This document shows, piece after piece, positions 9,663 to 19,898 of a stretch of DNA of 26,261 nucleotides; positions within the stretch are counted from its first letter, which is position 1; each line of letters begins with the position of its first letter. The translations under genes and the position numbers were made by a program. This DNA comes from Candidatus Tenderia sp. (GTDB taxonomy: Bacteria > Pseudomonadota > Gammaproteobacteria > Tenderiales > Tenderiaceae), in assembly GCA_031416075.1 (NCBI GenBank), contig JANOSY010000029.1, positions 1-26,261 on the forward strand, read 5' to 3'. The notes under the pieces are model-generated. The model was not told the origin of the DNA. It saw only the letters and a program-made list of their open reading frames with translations, and did no database searches.

Positions 9663-10565
9663 ATGCGTATCTCCACTCAGATGATGCAACGGTTGGCGGT
9701 CGGTTCGATACTTGACCGCCAGTCTTCCTTGAGTCAGACCCAGCAGCAACTTGCAACAGGGAAGAGATTTTTAACGCCTGCTGAAGACCCCTCTGCATCG
9801 ACCCAGGTATTGATGAACAATCAACGCCTCAGTATTACCAAGCAATATCAGATAAATGCTGATAGATCGATATCCCGTTTAGAATCGGAAGAGTCGATAT
9901 TGGCAGCAGCTGGAAACTCACTGCAGCGTATTCGTGAGTTGGCAGTGCAGAGTCAGAACGACTCCTTGGGACAAGAGAGTCTTGATGCTATTGCTGCTGA
10001 AGTTAAACAACGATTGGATGAGTTGATCGATCTGGCTAATAGCAAAGATGGCAGTGGTGAGTATCTGTTTTCTGGGTTTCAGGGAAATACGGAGCCTGTT
10101 GTCAATAGTGGTCCGGGTGTTTACACCTATCAAGGTGACCAAGGTCAACGTAAACTGCAGGTGAGCCCCACGCGACAAACCGCAACATCTGATCCTGGGT
10201 CGGCCATATTTTTTGATCTTCCATACAGTGGTGGTGGTACTCAGAATGTATTTAAAACAGTTTATGACTTCTCCACTGCGCTTAATAACAATACTTCGGT
10301 GGGTTCAGTGCTGGATGATATTGATGCGTCAATGGATAAGTTGTTTAGTGTGCGAGCTGAAATCGGCGGACGTATCAACGCTATCAGTAGTCAGAAAGAC
10401 ATTAATGAACAGTACACTATTCAGCTTGAAGGGCTGCTTTCTGAGATACAGGACCTTGATTATGCAGAGGCGGTGGGGCGGTTGAATCTGCAATTAACAG
10501 GCCTACAGGCTGCCCAGCAATCGTTTCAGAAGATCCAGAGCCTGTCGCTTTTTAACTATTTATAG
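9663..10565 (+). CDS. flgL: Flagellar hook-associated protein FlgL
   Basis: N-terminus MRISTQ, motifs QLATGKR and ANSKDGSGEYLFSG, C-terminal DLDYAEA...LSLFNYL. Confidence 0.96.
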   Translation: MRISTQMMQRLAVGSILDRQSSLSQTQQQLATGKRFLTPAEDPSASTQVLMNNQRLSITKQYQINADRSISRLESEESILAAAGNSLQRIRELAVQSQNDSLGQESLDAIAAEVKQRLDELIDLANSKDGSGEYLFSGFQGNTEPVVNSGPGVYTYQGDQGQRKLQVSPTRQTATSDPGSAIFFDLPYSGGGTQNVFKTVYDFSTALNNNTSVGSVLDDIDASMDKLFSVRAEIGGRINAISSQKDINEQYTIQLEGLLSEIQDLDYAEAVGRLNLQLTGLQAAQQSFQKIQSLSLFNYL

Positions 10566-10686
10566 TGCCTGAAGACAATTTGTATACCGCTTTTTCATCG
10601 GACTCTATTTCTCGTTCACCATAGCATCACCCCTATTCAGGCCGTTATTACTATCCTCTGGCCGAAGTGACGAGAGAACATGCCCC

Positions 10687-10753
10687 GTCAATGTTTCGCC
10701 ATCATGCAGTTCTATTTATCTGGCCATCGCCAATAATTCGTCAAAATATCCAC
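10687..10753. promoter_or_regulatory. Candidate FleQ/FlrA-type activator boxes upstream of the glycosylation operon
   Basis: GTCAATGTTTCGCC (10687-10700), GCCAATAATTCGTC (10729-10742) and GTCAAAATATCCAC (10740-10753) each match the FleQ-box consensus GTCAATAAATTGAC at 9-10 of 14 positions, upstream of a sigma54-like site. Confidence 0.35.
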
Positions 10754-10792
10754 TATGGCGTCTATTTTTATCTGGTGGAGGCCCGTTATAGG

Positions 10793-10808
10793 TGGCATGG
10801 AAATTGAA
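10793..10808 (+). promoter_or_regulatory. Putative sigma54 promoter of the glycosylation operon
   Basis: TGGCAT-GGAAA-TTGAA: correct GG/-12 spacing with a degenerate -12 (A for C), ending 64 bp before the pseB ATG. Confidence 0.55.
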
Positions 10809-10842
10809 TCGATCTGAGTTGACTGGTTATAAATTACCATAA

Positions 10843-13015
<2,173 letters not shown>

Positions 13016-13019
<4 letters not shown>

Positions 13020-13882
13020 AAAACGGCCCAAAATTTATTGCCGAGGTCTCCAGCAACCACAGCCGTGATCTGAATCGTGCCCTTGAGTTTATCGATACCG
13101 CCGCTGAAATTGGTTGTGATGCAGTGAAATTCCAGCTCTTCAAGATCGAGCAGCTCTTTGCCCCGGTGATCCTGGCCAAGAGCGAGAGCCATCGTAAACG
13201 TAAAGAGTGGGAGCTGCCGCTGGAGTTTCTGCCGCATCTTCATCAGCGCTGTCGCGAGAAAAATATCGAATTCAGCTGCACCCCTTTTTATCTTGAGGCG
13301 GTGCAGGAGCTGCTGCCCTATGTCGATTTTTACAAGATCGCTTCGTATGAACTGTTGTGGGACGCGCTGCTGATCAAGTGTGTTGAGACCGGTAAGCCCG
13401 TGATCCTCTCCACCGGCATGGCGATCCTGCCGGAGATCAGCCACGCAATGGCGGTGATGCGTAACGCAGGTGGCAAAGATTTAGCGCTGCTGCATTGTGT
13501 CTCGGCCTATCCAACCCTGGCGCAGGACTGCAATCTGGCCGCCATCGCCACGATTCGTGAAGCGACAGGCGTGCCGCTTGGTTGGTCTGACCATACAGTA
13601 GATCCCGCCGTGATCTATCGCGCCATTAATCACTGGGGTGCCGAGTATATTGAGTTTCATCTTGACCTCGACGCCAATGGTGCCGAGTATGCCAGCGGCC
13701 ACTGCTGGTTGCCGCAGCAGATGGCGGAGGTGATCGCCACCGTCAAACGTGGTTTTAGTGCCGATGGTAATGGCCGCAAAGAGCCATCACCCTCAGAGCT
13801 GGCGGATCGTGATTGGCGCGCCGATCCTAAAGATGGCTTGCGGCCGATGCAGAAGATTCGTGACGAGTGGGAAAAACATTAA
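13016..13882 (+). CDS. pseI: NeuB/PseI-family nonulosonate synthase, short form without the C-terminal SAF domain
   Basis: Motifs FIAEVSSNH, DAVKFQ, KIASYE, PVILSTGM, LHCVSAYP, GWSDHT and IEFH; only 288 aa. ATGA overlap with pseC. The family call is secure but the exact product is not. Confidence 0.8.
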
Positions 13883-13897
13883 CAGGGAGTTTTACTG

Positions 13898-14644
13898 ATG
13901 GAACAACATCCACTAGTCATCATCACGGGCGGTACACGTGGCATTGGTTTGGCCACGGCGAAGGTGCTGGCGGCGCAGGGCTACGCGCTTGAACTCTGGT
14001 ATCAGAGCCGTAAGGATGATGCCGATAGCGCCCTGGAACAGTTGCAACAGTTCTCCGTGCCGGTGGTCTGCCGTCGCGTCAATATCGTTGAACGTAAACA
14101 GGTCCAGGATGCCTTGAATGATGTAGTCAGGTGCCACGGTGCCATTTATGGTTTGGTGAATAACGCCGGTATCCTGCAACAGAAACCCTTTGCCACCATC
14201 ACCGATGATGATTGGGAACGCATGGTCAACGTGAATCTCAAGGGGGCGTTTATCTGTTCGCAGGAGGTGATGGCGCGTATGGCTGGCAAAGGTGGTGTGA
14301 TTGTCAATGTCGCCTCGTCGGGTGGCCAGTTGGGTGGCATGTTGGCGGTCCATTACGCCGTCACCAAGGCGGGCATCATTGCCCTGACAAAATCGCTGGC
14401 GCGTGTTGGCGCCGCCAGTGGCATCCGTTCAAATTGTGTTTCACCTGGCTTGATCGTCACCGAGATGACTCAGGGTGAACTCAATTCAGACGCAGGCCGC
14501 GACAAGATCTCTCACCATGTGCCGATGGCCCGTCCCGGAGAGGCGGAGGAGGTGGCCGACGCCATCGCCTATCTGCTCTCGGACCAGGCAACCTACATCA
14601 CCGGCCAGACGCTCAACGTCAACGGCGGCTTGTACATGGGATGA
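13898..14644 (+). CDS. Short-chain dehydrogenase/reductase (FabG-like)
   Basis: TGGTRGIG, NNAG and catalytic S...YAVTK motifs; C-terminal YITGQTLNVNGG. Confidence 0.92.
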   Translation: MEQHPLVIITGGTRGIGLATAKVLAAQGYALELWYQSRKDDADSALEQLQQFSVPVVCRRVNIVERKQVQDALNDVVRCHGAIYGLVNNAGILQQKPFATITDDDWERMVNVNLKGAFICSQEVMARMAGKGGVIVNVASSGGQLGGMLAVHYAVTKAGIIALTKSLARVGAASGIRSNCVSPGLIVTEMTQGELNSDAGRDKISHHVPMARPGEAEEVADAIAYLLSDQATYITGQTLNVNGGLYMG

Positions 14645-15711
14645 AGCATGTGAATGAACAGCTTCATGCAGCAATCATCGGCCTGGGCCGCATCGCCTGG
14701 CGTATGGAGGATGATCCACTGCGCGCCAAGCCCTGCACCCATGTGGGCGCTTATCTCAAACATGGCTGCCGCATTCAGGCGGGGTGTGATGTGGATGAGA
14801 AGGCTCGCCAGGATTTTTCAAAACGTTATGGTGTTGAATCTCTGTACGACGATTACCGCCAGATGTTGCAACAGGAGCAGATCGACCTGCTCAGCATCTC
14901 GGCCTACGCCACCGAGCGCCATGCGATGGTGATGGCGGCCATCAAACAGAATATCCCGGCCATCTTCTGCGAAAAGGCGCTGGCCACCTCGCTGGAGCAG
15001 GCGGATGAGATGGTCGCAGCACTTGAGGCGAGTAATACCACGCTTGTCACCGGCCACATGCGGCGCTGGGCCAGTGATTACCAGCGCGTCAAATGGATGA
15101 TCGACAACGAGACCATCGGCCAGGTGCTCTCTGTCAACGTACTCTTCTCCGGCAGTCTGATTCACACCGGCAGCCACGCCTTCGATGTGCTCAACTGGTG
15201 GTTCGGTGAGCCACTGTCGGCGCAGGGGCGCGTGATCAGCAAGGCCAAAAAAGATCGGCAGAGTGGCTATCGCTACAGCGGTAAAAAGTTGGCGGATGGC
15301 GGTGGCGTGGGGCGCATTCACTTTGCCAACGGCGTGGTAGCCACCATCGAAGGGCAGGTGAAGGACTATTTTATATTTGAGTTTGATATCGTCGCCACCA
15401 AAGGGCGGATCAGGATCGGCAATGATGGCCTCGTGCTCTATCGTCCCGCTGCCAGTGAACGGATGAGCGGCTTTGATGAGCTGCTGCCTGCTACGCTTGA
15501 AACGCCACCACCTGCCTATGAGGGGACTGCCTGGGATGCAGCGGTGGCCGCGCTGTTAGGGAACGAGCAGTGTCTGCAAGTCGCATCAACGGCCAAAGAG
15601 GCACGCACGGCGCTGGAGATGGCGCTGACCTTCTACCACTCCCAGCAACAAGGGGGCATTGAGGTGACCTTTCCTCTGCCGCGAAATGGATTGTCAGTAC
15701 CTTCAAGATGA
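14641..15711 (+). CDS. Gfo/Idh/MocA-family NAD(P)-dependent oxidoreductase
   Basis: Rossmann motif AIIGLGRIA, CEKAL motif, GHMRRW and HTGSHAFD. ATGA overlap with the SDR gene. Confidence 0.9.
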   Translation: MKHVNEQLHAAIIGLGRIAWRMEDDPLRAKPCTHVGAYLKHGCRIQAGCDVDEKARQDFSKRYGVESLYDDYRQMLQQEQIDLLSISAYATERHAMVMAAIKQNIPAIFCEKALATSLEQADEMVAALEASNTTLVTGHMRRWASDYQRVKWMIDNETIGQVLSVNVLFSGSLIHTGSHAFDVLNWWFGEPLSAQGRVISKAKKDRQSGYRYSGKKLADGGGVGRIHFANGVVATIEGQVKDYFIFEFDIVATKGRIRIGNDGLVLYRPAASERMSGFDELLPATLETPPPAYEGTAWDAAVAALLGNEQCLQVASTAKEARTALEMALTFYHSQQQGGIEVTFPLPRNGLSVPSR

Positions 15712-15718
15712 CGGCGAG

Positions 15719-16954
15719 ATGATGAATATAAAAGAGTTGCCATGGACCCGGGTAAAACGGCTGCAACGCAGTGCAGCTGTTGCACCATTACAGTTGTTAC
15801 GCCACTGCCCTCTCTGCCATAGCAGTGCTGAAGAGGAGTTGTTTGCCCTGCACGACTTCCAGTTTTTTACCGATCAGGCGGGGCGCAATCGCGCCGATCA
15901 CCGCGTGGTGCACTGCCAGCAGTGTGGCCTGATCTATACCAACCCCTGTTACACACCTAAAGGTTTTCAGCTGCTGTTCGACAAGGCCGGTTGCAGTTAT
16001 GGTCACACCGCCGGGCGTATTGGTGAACAGGTGGCGTGGCTGAGCGGACAATTTCCCATCGCGCAATCGTTGCTGGATGTTGGGTGTGGTAATGGTGACC
16101 TGCTTAAGGCGTTGCCACACACAGTTTCACGCTACGGCATTGATGTCGATGAACAGACCCTTAACAGCGTTGCGCAAGCTGCGCCCGGCATCAACTTCAC
16201 TGTTTGCGACTTCAATGGTCTGAAGAGTCTGCCGCAGGTGGATGTGATCACCCTGTTCCATGTGCTGGAGCACCTTCCTGACCCCGATGGTTTTCTTGCT
16301 CAGCTGCGCCGCTTGTCGAAAGAGTCTGTTGCTCTGGTGATCGAGGTGCCGGTGGTGGATCGTGCCGCCGAATTGCAGGACCGCGATATCGTCGGATTTT
16401 TTACCGTGCAGCATCTCACCCATTTCAGTAAGACGACGCTGGAGAAGATGTTGGCGAAAAATGGCTGGCGCGTTGTTCATGCCGAGGCGATGGCGGGCTA
16501 CAACGGCTGGCGAGTCGTTGCGGAACATGGCCCGGCGCAGAGTGATGTTGGCCATGATGCCAGTGGCCTGATAGCCGCGCGCGTCTACCTCGATGTCTGG
16601 AAAAGAAACGTAGAACTGGTGAAGCGCCGCATCGAAAAATTGAACGGCGCACGGCAGATTATGATCTGGGGAGCAGGACAACACACTGAGTATCTGGCAT
16701 TGCTGACAGGTCTGTTTGATCTGGATGCCAGTTTTGTGGTGGTGGATAGTGATCCGATGAAACAGGGGCACCGTTACCATTCGTTGCCGGTTTTGTCGCC
16801 CGGGCAGATCTCTGAGTATGAGTGGCGGCAGGGGAGCTTCCCGATAGTGATCTCCACCTATGGCGGCCAGGAGAGTCTGTTGGCAATCCTGAAAGAGACG
16901 GGGGTGAATGAGTCCAGAATCATCGCGCTCTATGACAGGACATCACGTTACTAA
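15719..16954 (+). CDS. Class I SAM-dependent methyltransferase with N-terminal Zn-binding and C-terminal Rossmann-like domains (NDP-sugar C-methyltransferase-like)
   Basis: CPLC...CQQC Zn site, SAM motif LLDVGCGNG, HVLEHL, and C-terminal IWGAGQH...VDSDPMKQG. Start placed at ATG 15719 (or 15722), after the upstream stop. Confidence 0.85.
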   Translation: MMNIKELPWTRVKRLQRSAAVAPLQLLRHCPLCHSSAEEELFALHDFQFFTDQAGRNRADHRVVHCQQCGLIYTNPCYTPKGFQLLFDKAGCSYGHTAGRIGEQVAWLSGQFPIAQSLLDVGCGNGDLLKALPHTVSRYGIDVDEQTLNSVAQAAPGINFTVCDFNGLKSLPQVDVITLFHVLEHLPDPDGFLAQLRRLSKESVALVIEVPVVDRAAELQDRDIVGFFTVQHLTHFSKTTLEKMLAKNGWRVVHAEAMAGYNGWRVVAEHGPAQSDVGHDASGLIAARVYLDVWKRNVELVKRRIEKLNGARQIMIWGAGQHTEYLALLTGLFDLDASFVVVDSDPMKQGHRYHSLPVLSPGQISEYEWRQGSFPIVISTYGGQESLLAILKETGVNESRIIALYDRTSRY

Positions 16955-16980
16955 ATTGAAGATGACATGGAATTTCAATC

Positions 16981-18675
16981 ATGACAATCGGTGCTGAAAT
17001 TATCGTTGATGCATTTGTTCGCCACGGCTGCGAGCGGCTGTATGTCTATCCCGGCGGCACGATTGCGCCGATTCTGGATGATGCTAAAAAAAGGGGGCTG
17101 GATATATTTTGCGGCCGTCACGAACAGGGGGCCGGTTATGCCGCATTGGCGGTGTCACGCCTGCGGCAGCAGCCGCAGGTAGTGATGGTGACATCGGGGC
17201 CGGGGGTGACCAACCTCATCAGTGCGGTGGCCGACGCCTATTATGACAATACCCCGTTGATCGTAATTACCGGCCAGGTGGGGACGGGGGATCTCAAACG
17301 TGATCTGCCGATACGGCAGCGTGGTTTTCAGGAGACCGACAGCTGTGCCCTGATGGCTTCTATCACCAAGGCGCAGTTTTTGGTAGAGCATCAAGATGAT
17401 CTGGCGCGGGTGATGGAGCAGGCGTTTCATATCGCCGGCAGTGGCCGTTTTGGTCCGGTGTTGATCGATATGCCGATGAATGTGCAGCGTGGTGAGCTGT
17501 CTGCCGTCGCAGTTGTGCCTGCCATGTCGAAAGATGATCAGGCAGACGATCTTGCTGGCGTAGCAGAGTTAGCACAGTGGCTGAGTGAGGCGCAGCGTCC
17601 GGTTATCATCGCTGGGCAGGGAGTGCTGCTGTCACAAAGTCATGAACTATTGCGTGAGCTGGCAACAACCTATGGAATACCTGTCTCACATTCACTGCTG
17701 GGTCTGGGAGCGATGCCCTCTGATTCTGAATTGGCGTTGGGCTTTCACGGCCATACCGGCAATCAGTATGCAGGTAAGGCGATTCAGAATTCTGATCTTG
17801 TATTGACCATTGGCTCACGTCTCGATGTACGCCAGACCGGTAATCAGTTTGACCGTTTTGCACCAGGTGCACGCATTGTGCGTATCGACCTGGATGCCAA
17901 CGAGGTTAAACACGGCCGGGTCCGTACCAACCTGTTGATCAACGCCGATGCCAAGGCGGCATTGGCAGCACTGTTATTGGCATTGAAAAAGATGCAGCTG
18001 CCGCAGTGGACCGCCTGGCGACAACAGATTGATGGCTGGCGGCAAGAGTACGCGCTGACTTATAACCAACAGGGCAAACTCAAACCGCAACTGGTAGTGG
18101 AGAGTGCTGATCGCCTAAGCCGTGATAAACGGGTGATCTGCCTTACCGGTGTGGGTTCTCATCAACACTGGGTGGCGCGCCATTTCAGTTTTGACTATCC
18201 ACAACGCAGGCTGCTGACATCGGGTGGCCACGGTACCATGGGGTACGACCTGCCGAGTGCGGTAGGGGCGCAACTTCATGAAAAAGATGCGCTGGTGATC
18301 TGTATTGTGGGTGATGGTTCGTTTCAGATGAACATGCAGGAGCTGGGGGCAATTGCAGAACACAATCTGCCGGTAAAAATTATCGTGCTCGATAACCATC
18401 GCCTCGGCATCGTTTCGCAGTTCCAGAACTTCAACTGGCAGGATGACCCCACCACTGGCAATAAGTGGAATCCCGATTTCGCCGCCATTGCCCAGGGGTA
18501 TGGCATTCGCGCCTTTACGGTGAGTGAGAGCGGTGCGGTTGAGGCGACGCTGCAAGCGGCATTTGCCCACAACGGACCCGCGCTGGTCCACTGCATTATT
18601 GATGAAGAAGAGGATATTTCGCCCATGCTATTGGCGGGGCAGACACTCGACGGGATGTGGCCCCATGTTAAATAA
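16981..18675 (+). CDS. Thiamine-diphosphate-dependent enzyme, acetolactate synthase large-subunit-like
   Basis: YPGG, RHEQGA (catalytic Glu), TSGPGVTN, GSRLD, SGGHGTMG and the ThDP motif GDGSFQMN...LDN. Confidence 0.92.
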   Translation: MTIGAEIIVDAFVRHGCERLYVYPGGTIAPILDDAKKRGLDIFCGRHEQGAGYAALAVSRLRQQPQVVMVTSGPGVTNLISAVADAYYDNTPLIVITGQVGTGDLKRDLPIRQRGFQETDSCALMASITKAQFLVEHQDDLARVMEQAFHIAGSGRFGPVLIDMPMNVQRGELSAVAVVPAMSKDDQADDLAGVAELAQWLSEAQRPVIIAGQGVLLSQSHELLRELATTYGIPVSHSLLGLGAMPSDSELALGFHGHTGNQYAGKAIQNSDLVLTIGSRLDVRQTGNQFDRFAPGARIVRIDLDANEVKHGRVRTNLLINADAKAALAALLLALKKMQLPQWTAWRQQIDGWRQEYALTYNQQGKLKPQLVVESADRLSRDKRVICLTGVGSHQHWVARHFSFDYPQRRLLTSGGHGTMGYDLPSAVGAQLHEKDALVICIVGDGSFQMNMQELGAIAEHNLPVKIIVLDNHRLGIVSQFQNFNWQDDPTTGNKWNPDFAAIAQGYGIRAFTVSESGAVEATLQAAFAHNGPALVHCIIDEEEDISPMLLAGQTLDGMWPHVK

Positions 18676-19894
18676 ACAGAACAAAACTCTACTGGTGATC
18701 AGTGGCGGCGCCGAAGCAGTGCCGGGTATCAAACGCGCCAAGGCGATGGGATTGTATGTCGTAGTCAGCGATATGAACCCTGATGCGCCAGGGTTTGAGT
18801 GTGCCGATGATCGTCTCATCGCCAGCACTTACGATATTGAACAGACGGTTAGCGTTGCCCGCGATTACCACCTCAACAGGCGCAGGCTCGATGGCGTCAT
18901 CTGCATGGCCGCTGATGTGCCGCTGACCGTGGCCTCTGTCGCTGACGCCTTGGGGTTGCCGGGGTTGAGTCTGGAGACGGCGCATCTCGCCGCCGACAAG
19001 CTGCTGATGAAACAACGCTTCCAGCGTGATGGCATCGCCATCCCCTGGTTCAGCGCGGTGCAGTCACTGCAACAGTTACAACAGATTGTCAGCGAGCGTG
19101 GTGCGCGGCTGATTATCAAACCGGTGGACAGCCGTGGCGCCCGTGGTGTGTTGTTGCTAAATGAAGATATCGATCTTGGCTGGGCCTACGAACATGCGCG
19201 ATCACAATCACCCACGAGTCGGGTGATGGTAGAGCAGTATCTGCCCGGTCCACAGGTGAGCAGTGAGACGGTGATGGTGGATGGAGTCGGCTACACCTCT
19301 GGATTCGCCGATCGTAATTACGAATACATGGAGCGTTTTTCACCTTATGTGATTGAGAACGGTGGTGATCAGCCTTCACGTCTAAGCAGCGCCGATCAAC
19401 AGGCTGTCATCGCGTTGGCGGAGCAGGCAGGGCGTTCCATGGGTATCATGAACGGCATCGCCAAGGGTGACATGGTGATGACGGCGGATGGCCCGAAAGT
19501 GATTGAAATTGCCGCACGTCTCTCCGGTGGTTGGTTCTCAAGTGATCAGGTGCCATTGGCAACCGGTGTCGATCTGGTGGGCGCCGCGATTCAGACAGCG
19601 CTGGGCGAGAAGCCGGATACGGCTGCGCTGCTGCCCAAACATCACAAGGGGGTGGCGATCCGTTATTTCTTCCCTGAGCCGGGGGTAGTGAAGGCGATTC
19701 ATCACGCCGATCAGTTTGCCAACAAACCGTGGGTCCATCGGCTCGGCTTTTTTGTCGAGCCGGGTGAACGTATCGGCACGGTGAGCGACCACACCAAACG
19801 CGCCGGTTTTGTCATCACGCTCGGCAGTGACCGGGCTGAGGCGCTGGCCCGCGCTGATGAGGTGATCAACGCCATCGTGATTGAGATGGAATGA
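18665..19894 (+). CDS. ATP-grasp domain protein (L-amino acid ligase / carboxylate-amine ligase-like)
   Basis: Motifs DKLLMK, IIKPVDSRGARGV, VEQYLPG and IEIAARLSGG, with a C-terminal RAGFVITLG domain. True start is ATG 18665 (MLNKQNKTLLVISGG), overlapping the ThDP gene by 11 nt. Confidence 0.9.
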   Translation: MLNKQNKTLLVISGGAEAVPGIKRAKAMGLYVVVSDMNPDAPGFECADDRLIASTYDIEQTVSVARDYHLNRRRLDGVICMAADVPLTVASVADALGLPGLSLETAHLAADKLLMKQRFQRDGIAIPWFSAVQSLQQLQQIVSERGARLIIKPVDSRGARGVLLLNEDIDLGWAYEHARSQSPTSRVMVEQYLPGPQVSSETVMVDGVGYTSGFADRNYEYMERFSPYVIENGGDQPSRLSSADQQAVIALAEQAGRSMGIMNGIAKGDMVMTADGPKVIEIAARLSGGWFSSDQVPLATGVDLVGAAIQTALGEKPDTAALLPKHHKGVAIRYFFPEPGVVKAIHHADQFANKPWVHRLGFFVEPGERIGTVSDHTKRAGFVITLGSDRAEALARADEVINAIVIEME

Positions 19895-19898
19895 AACC

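Noticed and set aside
10566-10790. c-di-GMP riboswitch or tRNA in the flgL-pseB spacer
   Set aside because: No GEMM hallmarks (GNRA tetraloop with receptor, GCAAA motifs) and no cloverleaf or T-loop signature on either strand.
18524-18664. N-terminal extension of the ATP-grasp ORF, and similar extensions at 4792, 5511, 10858, 15686 and 19881
   Set aside because: They overlap upstream genes or lack an RBS; downstream ATGs fit the family N-termini better.
13898-18675. Housekeeping fabG and ilvB/ilvI assignments
   Set aside because: There are no fab/acp or ilvH/ilvC neighbours and both genes are embedded in the sugar operon, so gene symbols were withheld.
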